Shown here piece after piece: positions 20,886-30,079 of a DNA stretch of 64,000 nucleotides. Below the pieces are notes generated by a model. It was not told the DNA's origin, searched no databases, and saw only the letters and a list, made by a program, of their open reading frames with translations. The DNA comes from an uncultured Gemmatimonadales bacterium (GTDB taxonomy: Bacteria > Gemmatimonadota > Gemmatimonadetes > Gemmatimonadales > GWC2-71-9), in the NCBI GenBank assembly GCA_963831425.1, contig CAWHQC010000031.1:410252-474251 (forward strand), in the 5' to 3' direction. Every line of letters begins with the position of its first letter. Positions within the stretch are counted from its first letter, which is position 1. A program made the position numbers and the translations under genes.

Positions 20886-21671
20886 ATGACCGCGCGTGGC
20901 ACCACCCCATCCACCGGCAGTTCCGGCTCCCGTGCCTCCCGTCCCTCGGGAACCGGCGGCTCCGCGAATCGCTCGCGCTCGGCGGTCATCTGGCTGTGGG
21001 AGTGGAGCAAGTCGATCGTCGTCGCGCTCGTGGTTTGGTTCTTCCTGCGGACTTTCCTGATCGAGGCCTTCCGCATTCCTTCCGGCAGCATGGAAAACAC
21101 CCTGCTGATCGGTGATTTCCTGTTCGTGAACAAGGCGCTCTACGGCGCCGAAGTTCCGATCGTCCACGCCTACCTGCCGGCCGTGCGGGAGCCGGTGCGG
21201 AACGACATCCTGGTCTTCGACTCCGTGGAGGAGGAAGGGCTCAAGGTCGTCAAGCGCCTGATCGGAGTGCCCGGCGATACGCTCGCGATGGAGGCGGGCC
21301 AACTCTACCGCGACGGGCAGCGGGTGGACGAGCCGTACGCACTGCACGGGGATCCTCGCCGCTCTGAAGACCCGATCCAGCGCGCCAAGATGCGCGAGTG
21401 GCAGATTCCTCATCTGGTGCACCGCGACACCGCCACCTACCAGCCGGACCTGCAGGACTGGGGGCCGATCGTGGTCCCGGCCGATTCGTTCTTCATGATG
21501 GGCGACAACCGCGACAGCTCGTACGATGGGCGCTACTGGGGTTTCCTGCCCCGGAAGAACGTTCGCGGCAGGCCGCTGGTGGTGTACTTCAGCTACGATC
21601 CGAACAGTTGGAAGTCGCTGCCGTTCCTGACCGCCGTGCGCTGGGGCAGGATCTTTACCCAGCCGAAATAG
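20886..21671 (+). CDS. lepB: Signal peptidase I
   Basis: IPSGSMENTLLIGD (Ser), VVKRLIGVPGD (Lys), MGDNRDSSYDGRYWG. Confidence 0.95.
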   Translation: MTARGTTPSTGSSGSRASRPSGTGGSANRSRSAVIWLWEWSKSIVVALVVWFFLRTFLIEAFRIPSGSMENTLLIGDFLFVNKALYGAEVPIVHAYLPAVREPVRNDILVFDSVEEEGLKVVKRLIGVPGDTLAMEAGQLYRDGQRVDEPYALHGDPRRSEDPIQRAKMREWQIPHLVHRDTATYQPDLQDWGPIVVPADSFFMMGDNRDSSYDGRYWGFLPRKNVRGRPLVVYFSYDPNSWKSLPFLTAVRWGRIFTQPK

Positions 21672-21686
21672 CAGCGGGGTCGGGCG

Positions 21687-21944
21687 CTAGAGCGGGTGCC
21701 GTGGAGCTTCCGGCATGGACGAGCGATTGAGCGTGCGTGGGATATAGGCGGCAGTCCGGCCGCAGGCGGCGCAGTGAAGCGTAACCCGGCCGCCCTGCAC
21801 GTCGTCGGAGGAGGATCGCTCGGGCGTCCGCTCGACCTCGCTCGAGTTGCACGAAGGACAGACGAGCGGCTTATGGTCCCGATCCGCCGCGATTAGAATC
21901 AGCGCCTCAGGCGCGCGGTACTCCTTGATGCCCCGACGTCCCAC
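21687..21944 (-). CDS. Small zinc-ribbon hypothetical protein
   Basis: CPSC...CAAC pair in an 85-aa ORF. Confidence 0.55.
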   Translation of the reverse strand: MGRRGIKEYRAPEALILIAADRDHKPLVCPSCNSSEVERTPERSSSDDVQGGRVTLHCAACGRTAAYIPRTLNRSSMPEAPRHPL

Positions 21945-22065
21945 AGTCGGCCCTTCCGGCGGGGTCTGGTGGCACGGATGTAGCTACCCCACCTTCGCTT
22001 CTCAATTTACGGAGAGCCGTTCCGGCACGCAAAGGCTTTCCGCTCCAACGCGGGAGGGGACTCAC

Positions 22066-22479
22066 ATGCGGGCAGCTTTCCGTGGCCTCGTTGCGGGGAT
22101 CACCGCCGGGGTGTCGCTGGCGGTCTCCGCGGCGGCTCAGCAGACCCATGTGGTCCGGCTGATCGCCAATCAATCCAAGGACGAGTACCGGTTCGAGCCG
22201 GCCACGCTGACGGTGCATCCGAACGACGTCGTGGTCTTCCGTGTCGCCAGCGGCGCGCCACACAGTGTGGTCTTCGAGCGCGCCGGACTCTCGCCGGACG
22301 TGCGGGGAGCGTTCGACGCCGCGATGCCTGCTCACTCGGCCGAGCTCAGCAGCCCGCTGCTCACCGCAACCGGGGACGAATACCGGATGGTGGTGCCGCG
22401 TGTGCCGGCCGGAGCCTACGGCTTTTACTGCCTGCCTCACCGGGCGTATGACATGCGCGGCACGTTGACAGTCGAGTAG
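22066..22479 (+). CDS. Plastocyanin/azurin-family blue copper protein
   Basis: GGAGG RBS, signal peptide, FEPATLTV, PHSVVF, YCLPHRAYDMRG (type-1 Cu ligands H, C, H, M). Confidence 0.88.
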   Translation: MRAAFRGLVAGITAGVSLAVSAAAQQTHVVRLIANQSKDEYRFEPATLTVHPNDVVVFRVASGAPHSVVFERAGLSPDVRGAFDAAMPAHSAELSSPLLTATGDEYRMVVPRVPAGAYGFYCLPHRAYDMRGTLTVE

Positions 22480-22684
22480 GTCGTTGAGTCACTTGACCTT
22501 GCACGTGGAGCGGCCAGCTAAGTCGCCAGTGGGCCGCTCTTGCCGCACCTCTGAATCCGCCAGTGGTACCCCCAGATACTACTAGCGTCACAGCAGCTAC
22601 CGTGCGAGAATTCGGGTACGTTATCCCCGGCCGCCGCACAGCGCTTCCGGGGCACGGCCCGGACCCGCAGGTGAAGGAGGATTC

Positions 22685-23056
22685 GTGGTGTCGGAACTCG
22701 GCGGTTCCCAGATTTCGACGTTGCTCGAGACCCTGCCCGGCATCGCCAATGTGCTACGGAGCCCGGTGGCCGATGCCCTGGGTAACGTGATCCGCGCCGC
22801 CGCCCGCCTGACGGAGTTCAACATCCAGGACGCCGATGAGCTGGTGCGCTACGCCACCCGGCGCGGCCTGCTGGGCCAGGAAGAGGGTGACCGCCTCCTG
22901 GTCGAAGTGCACGCGGCTGAGCAGCGGCGCGCCGACAAGGCCGCCGAGCGGGAGCGGGCCCACAAGGCCAAGGCGCGCGCCAAGGCACGGACGGTGAAAC
23001 CGGTCAAGGCTGTGAAGAAGGTGAAGAAGGCAGCCAAGCAGGCCAGACGGCGCTAG
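22685..23056 (+). CDS. Hypothetical protein with Lys/Ala-rich basic C-terminal tail
   Basis: AAGGAGG RBS; tail [30 protein letters not shown]. Confidence 0.75.
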   Translation: MVSELGGSQISTLLETLPGIANVLRSPVADALGNVIRAAARLTEFNIQDADELVRYATRRGLLGQEEGDRLLVEVHAAEQRRADKAAERERAHKAKARAKARTVKPVKAVKKVKKAAKQARRR

Positions 23057-24750
23057 GTCTTGAACTCCTGCACCAGGGTCGTCAGCCGCGTCGCGCCCTG
23101 GAGCAGGTTCCCCGCCGCCGATGCCATCTGCTCGGTACTGGCGGTCTGTTCCTCGGCGGCCGCGGTGACTTCCTCACTGGCGGAGGCGTGCTCGGTGGCC
23201 GACTGTCCCACTTCACGGGTCCGCTGCCCGAGCTGCTCGACGATCGCCTGATTGGCCGCCACCTCGCGTGCCACCGCCTCCGCAGCGTCGTGCACTTCCT
23301 CGACCGCCCGCGAAATCGCCTCCAGCGCGCGCCCCGCTGCCAACGCCACCCCCTCGATGCCCTGCACCTTGACCGAGCTGACCTCCATCGTGCCGACCAC
23401 CTGCTGCACCTGGTTGCGGATGAATTTCACGGTCTTGGCCACATCTTCCGCCGCCGTGGCGCTGGAGTCGGCAAGCCGGCGCACCTCCTCGGCGACGACG
23501 GCGAACCCTCGGCCATGCTCCCCCGCGCGTGCGGCCTCGATGGCCGCGTTGAGGGCGAGCAGGTTGGTCTGGGATGAGATCTGCTTGATCAGGTCGATGA
23601 AGGCGGTGATGGGCTCCGAGGCCCGCGCGAGCGCCTGCACCTGATCGGCGGACTTGCCGACGACCTCGCGCACGTCGAGAAGGGAGAGGCCTGCCGCGGC
23701 CACCTCGGCCCGGTGCTGCGCGGCCAACTGCTGAATCCGGTCGCCCAGCTCCGCCACCCGGGCCGACGCCTGCGCGTTGGCTTCCGCGATCTCCCGCAGG
23801 CTCAGCAGCAGCGCGTCCGCCTTTTCCATCCCGCTCACCTGCTGTTCGGCGCTCGCGGCGATCTTGACCATCGCGGTGGAGATCTCGCCGCTGCTGGCGG
23901 CCAGCTCCTCGCTCATTGCCGAAAAGTCGCTGGCACTGTTCCCGATCTGGCTGGCCTCGTCCACCACCGAAACCACCACCCCGCGGAGGCGTCCACCCAT
24001 ATCGTCCATGGCGCGCGCCAGACGCTCGATCTCGGTCGGCATTCCCCCGCCGAGGCGGATCGGACGAAGGTCGCCGCCGCCAAACCGCTCGGCCGCCCCG
24101 ATGAGCTGATTCAGCGGCCGATCCACCGAGCGCACGGTCCAGAATGAGGTGAGCGCGCCGATGAGCAGGGAGGTGAGGAAGAGTCCCCAGAGTGCGTTGC
24201 GCCGATTGGACGCCTGGCGGCGAAGATCCGCCGCCCGGACCACTGAACGCGTCGTCTGTGCCAGGCCGAGCGCGCGCACGTCGCCGAGCAGCGTGTCGGA
24301 GGGGGCGCGGGCACGGTCAGCCATGCGACGCGCGTCCTCCGTGCGTCCGAGGTCCGTCAGCGCGTGCGCCATTCCGTAGGCGACCTCGATCGCGGCCTGG
24401 TTCGCCGCGATCTTGTTCACGATGTAGCGGTCGGCGGTGGTCAGCGAAGCGAGCGAGCGGTAGCGACGCTGGTACGCGTACGCCGAGTCGCCCTCTTCGA
24501 GCGTGACCGCGCGCAGGCGGGTATCAGGGCGCACGAGATACTGCTCCGCCGCGCGCACCTCGGATGAGACCGAGGTCACCAGCCCGTTCCCCAGGTCGGT
24601 GCTCTCGAGCAGCAGGGACAGCTCCTGGTTGACCGACTGGTCGAGCGCCCGGATGGAGTTCACGCCAAGCAGGGCTATCCCGAAGACGAGCGCGATGAGC
24701 AGCACCATCCCCGCGATGACGCGGTGGCGCAGGCTGCGCAGGAGCCTCAC
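23053..24750 (-). CDS. Methyl-accepting chemotaxis protein (TM-periplasmic-TM-HAMP-MA)
   Basis: [37 protein letters not shown] signature; HAMP domain. Confidence 0.95.
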   Translation of the reverse strand: MRLLRSLRHRVIAGMVLLIALVFGIALLGVNSIRALDQSVNQELSLLLESTDLGNGLVTSVSSEVRAAEQYLVRPDTRLRAVTLEEGDSAYAYQRRYRSLASLTTADRYIVNKIAANQAAIEVAYGMAHALTDLGRTEDARRMADRARAPSDTLLGDVRALGLAQTTRSVVRAADLRRQASNRRNALWGLFLTSLLIGALTSFWTVRSVDRPLNQLIGAAERFGGGDLRPIRLGGGMPTEIERLARAMDDMGGRLRGVVVSVVDEASQIGNSASDFSAMSEELAASSGEISTAMVKIAASAEQQVSGMEKADALLLSLREIAEANAQASARVAELGDRIQQLAAQHRAEVAAAGLSLLDVREVVGKSADQVQALARASEPITAFIDLIKQISSQTNLLALNAAIEAARAGEHGRGFAVVAEEVRRLADSSATAAEDVAKTVKFIRNQVQQVVGTMEVSSVKVQGIEGVALAAGRALEAISRAVEEVHDAAEAVAREVAANQAIVEQLGQRTREVGQSATEHASASEEVTAAAEEQTASTEQMASAAGNLLQGATRLTTLVQEFKT

Positions 24751-25931
24751 CGCGTGGCTCCGGGCTCGTCCGCCCCGTTCACCACTTCGACCACGCCGTG
24801 GCGAACCAGTCCGATGTAGACGTTCTGGTCGGGCACGTCCCCGTTGCCGTCGAAGGCGACTGTGCCGGTCACGCCGGCGAAGGGCGGCGTGGCCGAGCCC
24901 ACCCCCGCGAGCGCGCGCCGGACGGTGGAGCGGTCGGACCCCACCCGGGCGATCACGTCACGCAGCAGATAGATGGCATCGTAGGTGGCCGCGGCGGGCT
25001 GGTTCGGCATCCCGGCGTCCGGGTACTTCCGACGAAACGCGGCCACGAAGCGACGGTTGGCCGCGCTGGGGATGGCCGGGAAATAGGGAGAGCTGAGGTA
25101 CACGCCCTCTGCCAGCGCGCCGGCCTCCTGGATGCCTTCGAGACCGTCGCCGCCGAGCACCGGCATGGTGAGCCCGCGCTTCCGTGCCTGGCGCAAGACC
25201 TCCTCGGCCTCGCTCCGGTTGCCTGCCACCAGGATGAACTCGGGCCGCTCGCCGCCCGCCAGGCGATCCATGTAGGGTCCGACTTCCGGTCGATCGCCGA
25301 GGTAAGGGTCCACTGCCTGGAGGCTGCCGCCGAGTCGCGTGTATTCGGACACGAACGTCTGCCGGATCCCGCGGCCGTACTCGTCGTTCAGGTAGAGCAC
25401 CGCGCCTCGGGTGAAGTGCAGGCGGTCGCGCACCCAGTGGGCGAGCACGGTGCCGTGCGCCTGATCGCTTGGGCAGATCCGGAAGGTGTAAGTACCGGCC
25501 CCGGTCACGTCGGGTGACGAGGACGAGGGACTGATCGCGACAACCGGGTCATCCCCACCGTTGTAGATGGGCGCCGCCGCCAGCGTCATCCCCGAAAACA
25601 GGTGGCCGACGACAGCGGAGGCGTCGGAGGAGTAGAGATCACTCGCGACGAAGACGGCGGAGTCGGGATCGGCGTAGTCGTCGCGGGGGATGAGCTCGAG
25701 GCGGCGACCACCGATACCGCCGGCGGCGTTGATCTCCTCGGCGGCGAGCTCAGCGGCCTGCTTCATCGGAAGGCCGATCGGATCGCTGAACGAGCCGGCT
25801 ACGCCGATCCGGACCACGCCGGAGTCTCCGCGGTGGCACGAGCCGGCGAGTGCGGTGGCGAGGAGCAGCCCGCCCATGCGCGGCGCAAATAGCCTCAGTT
25901 GGTCGGACAATGCCAAGAGCGGCTCCCGCAC
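24747..25931 (-). CDS. Branched-chain amino-acid-type (LivJ/LivK-like) periplasmic binding lipoprotein
   Basis: LAGSC lipobox, [43 protein letters not shown]. Confidence 0.88.
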   Translation of the reverse strand: MREPLLALSDQLRLFAPRMGGLLLATALAGSCHRGDSGVVRIGVAGSFSDPIGLPMKQAAELAAEEINAAGGIGGRRLELIPRDDYADPDSAVFVASDLYSSDASAVVGHLFSGMTLAAAPIYNGGDDPVVAISPSSSSPDVTGAGTYTFRICPSDQAHGTVLAHWVRDRLHFTRGAVLYLNDEYGRGIRQTFVSEYTRLGGSLQAVDPYLGDRPEVGPYMDRLAGGERPEFILVAGNRSEAEEVLRQARKRGLTMPVLGGDGLEGIQEAGALAEGVYLSSPYFPAIPSAANRRFVAAFRRKYPDAGMPNQPAAATYDAIYLLRDVIARVGSDRSTVRRALAGVGSATPPFAGVTGTVAFDGNGDVPDQNVYIGLVRHGVVEVVNGADEPGATR

Positions 25932-26106
25932 TCGAGCGTCGTTTCGTAAGGTCGTTGAAGAGAAGGGCTTGTAGCTGTGATCCGGGGTGCGGCAGAACCC
26001 GGCGAACGGCCGAGGTGCAAATCGCGTACTAAAGGGCGGGAGTGCGGCGGGAGGTGCGGGGTGGCGATCGGACGGGGGCGAGGAACCTCACGAGGCGCCG
26101 GATGCG

Positions 26107-26640
26107 TCAGCCGCGGCTGCGGCCCCAGCCGTCCAGCACGCGGCCGTCCACCAGGCTCACGGAGGCCACCCGCGCGCCGCGCTCCACGCGCCAGGTGAGG
26201 CGCAGCATACGGCCGGCTCGTACCCACTGCATCATCGATTGCGAGCCCTGGATGGAGGCGGCCACGCGGCCATACCGGCGCTCAAGCTGATCGCGCCAGC
26301 GGTCGAGCCGAGGGCCGGCGGCGCCACCGGAGATGGTGATCACGCTGGCGACACTGTCGACCGTGGAGATCCACAGGTTCACGGGGCCGCCGAGCGCGGG
26401 ATCATCGACGGACGCGCGGCACTCGCTCACGCGCCGGTCGACTCTGGCGCCGTCACATTGAAGCCGGCCGTCGAGGCTCCGCACCAGCGCGTCGAGCTCG
26501 GCCAGATGCGCACCGGCGCGGAAACCGTGGAACTCGAGCGCCGCGGTATCTGCCGGGGCGGACGCGGGCATGCTGGCGCCAGCGGGCTTGAGCGGAGCCG
26601 CGACGAGCGCGAGTAGTGCGAGGCCGTGAGCTGGTGACAT
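26107..26640 (-). CDS. Secreted hypothetical protein
   Basis: Signal-like N-terminus MSPAHGLALLALVAAP; coding-like codon usage. Confidence 0.6.
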   Translation of the reverse strand: MSPAHGLALLALVAAPLKPAGASMPASAPADTAALEFHGFRAGAHLAELDALVRSLDGRLQCDGARVDRRVSECRASVDDPALGGPVNLWISTVDSVASVITISGGAAGPRLDRWRDQLERRYGRVAASIQGSQSMMQWVRAGRMLRLTWRVERGARVASVSLVDGRVLDGWGRSRG

Positions 26641-26749
26641 GTGTCGGGAGCCCTCGACGACGGATAGCCCGCCCCCCGCCGATGCGGCGAGGGGCCCGCT
26701 TGAACCAGAAGCTGCGTCGGAACGGGAACGGCGCCGAGCGCCGGGAATT

Positions 26750-26950
26750 TCAGACCTTGCGGACGTTCGAGGCCTGGAGACCCTTGGGGCCTTCCACCAC
26801 CTCGAATTCCACGTTGTCTCCCTCCGCGAGGGAGCGGAAACCCTCGGCGATGATGGCGGTGTGGTGAACGAAAACATCCTTGCCGCCGTCCTGCGCGATG
26901 AATCCGAACCCCTTTGCGTCATTGAACCACTTGACCGTGCCCTTCGCCAT
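26750..26950 (-). CDS. cspA: Cold-shock protein
   Basis: [15 protein letters not shown] (RNP1), DVFVHH (RNP2); 66 aa. Confidence 0.97.
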   Translation of the reverse strand: MAKGTVKWFNDAKGFGFIAQDGGKDVFVHHTAIIAEGFRSLAEGDNVEFEVVEGPKGLQASNVRKV

Positions 26951-27108
26951 TGTTGCAACCTCTTGAAAGGGAGCCCGCAGGCCCCGGGGAAACCCCCGGC
27001 CTCCATGGCCGGGTGAAAACGCCCCAAGAAAAAGCCGCCCGGTTAGAACGCCCGGCCGGCCGGCGATGACTCAATCATGCAAGGGATGGACTTCGCGGAG
27101 CATAGACC

Positions 27109-27137
27109 AAAGTCATGCGCGCTCAGGGATTTGTCAA
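27109..27137 (-). promoter_or_regulatory. Sigma70-type promoter of cspA giving a long (about 150-nt) 5' UTR
   Basis: TTGACA (27137-27132), 17 nt, GACTTT (27114-27109); long leaders are typical of csp mRNAs. Confidence 0.6.
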
Positions 27138-27149
27138 TACGGCGCTTGG

Positions 27150-27671
27150 CTATCTCAAGACCACACCCGCGGCCCGCAGCTCATGGTCGAGCAGCCACCG
27201 TTTGCGGGCGAGTCCGCCGCCGTACCCCACCAGGGACCCGTCCTTTCCCACGACGCGATGGCACGGGATCAGGACCGCAAGGTGATTGGCCGCCACGAGC
27301 CATCCGATCTGCCGCGGATGTAACCGGGTGGCGCGGGCGATGTCATCGTACGAGCGGGTCTCACCGAGCGGGATCTTGCGGAGCGTCTTGAAGACGGCCA
27401 TCTGGGCCGGAGACAGCTCGAACCAGCGCTTCAGGTATTCCGGAAACGGAAACGGGCGGGGCGATCCGGCGAAGTATTCCTCCAACCAGGCGGTGGTGCT
27501 CCGGCATGGCCCCTGCCCGATGTGCAGCTCGGGGATGGCGGAGCGGAGACGCACCGCCCACTTCACCGAGGCCGCGCGGTGCGGAAACTCGATCACCAGC
27601 GGGCCCGCCTCGCACTCGACCACCGTCAGCGCGCCGACCGGCGAACCGTACGTCGTCCATTCCACGTGCAT
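27150..27671 (-). CDS. ogt: Methylated-DNA--protein-cysteine S-methyltransferase
   Basis: IPLGETRSY, IPCHRVVG, GYGGGLARKRWLLDHE. Confidence 0.92.
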   Translation of the reverse strand: MHVEWTTYGSPVGALTVVECEAGPLVIEFPHRAASVKWAVRLRSAIPELHIGQGPCRSTTAWLEEYFAGSPRPFPFPEYLKRWFELSPAQMAVFKTLRKIPLGETRSYDDIARATRLHPRQIGWLVAANHLAVLIPCHRVVGKDGSLVGYGGGLARKRWLLDHELRAAGVVLR

Positions 27672-27782
27672 GCGGGCCTCCGGGGCTCCCTGCCTCGCCG
27701 AAAGGTAGTCCGCGAGCCCCGGGCTGGCCAATTCATGAGAGCGGCTCTGACGCCCGGCGGGTGCTTGTCTTACATTTGTGTC

Positions 27783-28394
27783 ATGACCTCGCCTCAAACG
27801 CTCGTAGTGCGCACGTTCACGGACCGCGCCGAAGGCCTGTCGCACTTCGTGCTGCGGGCCGGCGAGGCGCCTCGGCTCTTGGCCTTCGACGACGCCCTTG
27901 GCTGCCCGGTCGAAACCGCGCTGGCGGCGCTCGAGTGGACGGGGGCCGTCGGCATCCTGCTGGACGACGACATGCTCCACGCGGCGCGACTCACCAGCGA
28001 AACCGCGGCGGCCGTCATCGAGCGCAAGAGCGCCGAGGGCCGCCGCTTCGTGTATCTCGGTCCCCGGCTCGACGCACCCCCCATGGACGTGTTCGAAGGT
28101 GCGGTGCTGTTCGACGAACCCGGAGTGAAGGCCGTAGAGTTTACTCAGCGCGCGCACGCTCTGGCCCATTTTCTCCGCGCCACGGCCGGGGCGGGAGCGC
28201 TTCTGGCTCTGCTGGGCCGGCGGGCGCCCGAGCTCCGACACCTGCGCCGGTGGCTGGGCGCCATCATCCAGGAGCTCGACATTCCCCGGCCCCTCGTCGC
28301 CGGCTGGTTCGCGGCCAGCTCGGCCGGCTGCCTCTTTGCCAGCTCGGAGCCGGAGCCGACGTACCGGTACGTCGAGGTCGGCCTCGAGCCCTGA
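27783..28394 (+). CDS. Hypothetical protein
   Basis: ATG at 27783, strong GC3 bias; no motif recognised. Confidence 0.7.
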   Translation: MTSPQTLVVRTFTDRAEGLSHFVLRAGEAPRLLAFDDALGCPVETALAALEWTGAVGILLDDDMLHAARLTSETAAAVIERKSAEGRRFVYLGPRLDAPPMDVFEGAVLFDEPGVKAVEFTQRAHALAHFLRATAGAGALLALLGRRAPELRHLRRWLGAIIQELDIPRPLVAGWFAASSAGCLFASSEPEPTYRYVEVGLEP

Positions 28395-28534
28395 GGGGGT
28401 TGGGTTCAGCAGGCCATGTGGATTCACATCTCCACATTGTGTGGACGGAACGAGGTAGGCTGAGGGGTGGGCCGGGCTTAGGTATCCACATCCCGAGCAG
28501 GTCGATGCAGCGTAACCCGAATAAAATCAGGCAC

Positions 28535-28562
28535 TTGCGAGTTACTCGCGGGTGCCTATCTT
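28535..28562 (+). promoter_or_regulatory. Putative sigma70 promoter for the downstream ncRNA
   Basis: TTGCGA (28535-40), 16 nt, TATCTT (28557-62) in an AT-richer patch. Confidence 0.5.
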
Positions 28563-28569
28563 TGTTCTA

Positions 28570-28997
28570 CGCGCTCCGTTGGATACGTGCTGGGGCCCCG
28601 AGCCTCAGTGACGGCCGGCAGAGCGGGTTTGAGCGGGATATCAGGGGAGAAGGCCGACGCAACCAAGGGCTCAGGCCTTCGTCGATCCTGGTGATCACCC
28701 CGGCTTGAACAGGTGAAGCCAGTCGCGTGCTTCATCCGCTCCGATCTTGCGCCTCGGGGTGCAGTGCGAACGGTCGGTCCGCGACCCGATCTGACTCGCA
28801 GCGCTCGAATGGACGAACCAGGTGGGATGGCCATCCGGCCTGGGGATCAAAGCCAAGGCTCTACCGCGCCCTCCCGAGCGGCGTATCAGCCAACCGGTGG
28901 CAGGTGGGAGAAGAACGGCGGCAGCAATGCCCCGACCTCGGGATAGTCCATGCGTGGGACGGCCGTCTAGCCACGACTAGGCGGCCGTTCCGTTTTT
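28570..28997 (+). ncRNA. Large structured ncRNA, possibly a divergent raiA-motif RNA
   Basis: No credible CDS; promoter upstream and intrinsic terminator downstream; many nested helices (28600-05/28856-61, 28613-18/28835-40, 28625-34/28669-78, 28872-78/28937-43, GCAA-capped hairpin at 28920-31). Family assignment is from recalled motif similarity only. Confidence 0.65.
28956..28997 (+). terminator. Rho-independent terminator
   Basis: GGACGGCCGTCTAG, loop CCACGA, CTAGGCGGCCGTTC, followed by CGTTTTT. Confidence 0.8.
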
Positions 28998-29999
28998 ATC
29001 TTCCATTGTTCGTTCCCGCTCCGTTCGCGCCCCAATCGCTGCCCCCCCGATACGCGCGCCGGCGATCGAGCTGCCAGAACGCCCGGGCGCTCACCAGCGC
29101 CTCTCCGGTGAAGTTGTCGGGATCGGCGAGCGCGTCGGCCATGCTGGCCGTCTTGGCGCTGGCGTTGTCCGCGAAGTGGAGCACCTCGGCTTCGAGCGTC
29201 ATCGGCGGCACCGCGGCGCCGAACTCCGGCTTGCCGTGGTGAGACGCGATGAGATGGTGCAGGATGGTGAGCTCGCGGTCGGTACACGGCGCGGGGTCCT
29301 CTCCGGCCGACACGGCGGTCGAGCATGAGAAGGCCGAGAGTGACGTGGCCGAGCAGGGTGCCGCACTCGGTGACCTCGAAGGCGCCCTCCCAGCGGTAGG
29401 CCTCGAGCTTTCCGATGTCGTGCAGCAGCGCGCCGGCAAGGACGAGCTCGGGGTCGGCGCGGCAGACCTTGCCGATGGCGCGGCCGATGGCCGCGACCTC
29501 GCAGGTGTGCTTGAGCAGGCCACCGAGCTCCGCGTGGTGGCCTGCGGTGCTCGCCGGGCACTCCTCGTAGCGCCGGCGGAAATCGTCATCGGCGTAGAAC
29601 AGGTCGAGCGTGCGCCGGAGCCGGGGCCGCTGGACCTCGCCACGCCAGCGGTCGAGGGTGTCCCAGTAGGGGGCCACCTCGCCCACCGAGGGGAGGAGCT
29701 GGCGCCAGTCGACTGGTGCCGCGCGGCAGCACCCGGATGGAGCTGACCTTGAGTTGGCGGCGCCCGTTGTACTGCCCGACCTCACCGATGACCTGGGCCA
29801 CGATCGCCCCGCGCGATCCCGCGATGCGCGGCTGATCCTCCGCCCAGAACGGCGCGGTGGCGAGCTGGCCGTGACAATTGCCGAGCGTGAGCGTGGTGAA
29901 GCCGCCGCGGGCCGACTCGCGCTGCTCGATTTCGAGTACGAGCAGCGGATCCTGCACGCGATCGCCGATGGCCAACTGCTTCAGGTCGGGTGGTGGCAT
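28996..29999 (-). CDS. OB-fold + HD-domain 3'-5' exonuclease, YhaM/Cbf1 family, frameshifted
   Basis: OB fold (LTLGNCHGQL...VGQYNGRRQLKV), PASTAGHHAELGGLLKHT, LLHDIGK, LGHV, SHHGKPEFGA, EAEVLHFADNASAK. Confidence 0.85.
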
Positions 30000-30079
30000 G
30001 CCGGAGCTCGGTGTTTGGACTGTGGCCAGAACGATAGGTCCGTCTGTCTCGCGCCGGAACTCCGCTGTAGCTTGGAGCC

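Noticed and set aside
28416-28560. Replication origin (oriC)
   Set aside because: Only degenerate DnaA-like boxes, no clear unwinding element, and no dnaA/dnaN/gidA/parAB neighbours.
28570-28997. RNase P RNA, tmRNA or SRP RNA identity for the ncRNA
   Set aside because: Lacks GAGGAAAGUCC and the terminal P4 strand of RNase P, the TTCGA/CCA end and tag ORF of tmRNA, and the SRP CAGG-GNRA-AGCAG motif.
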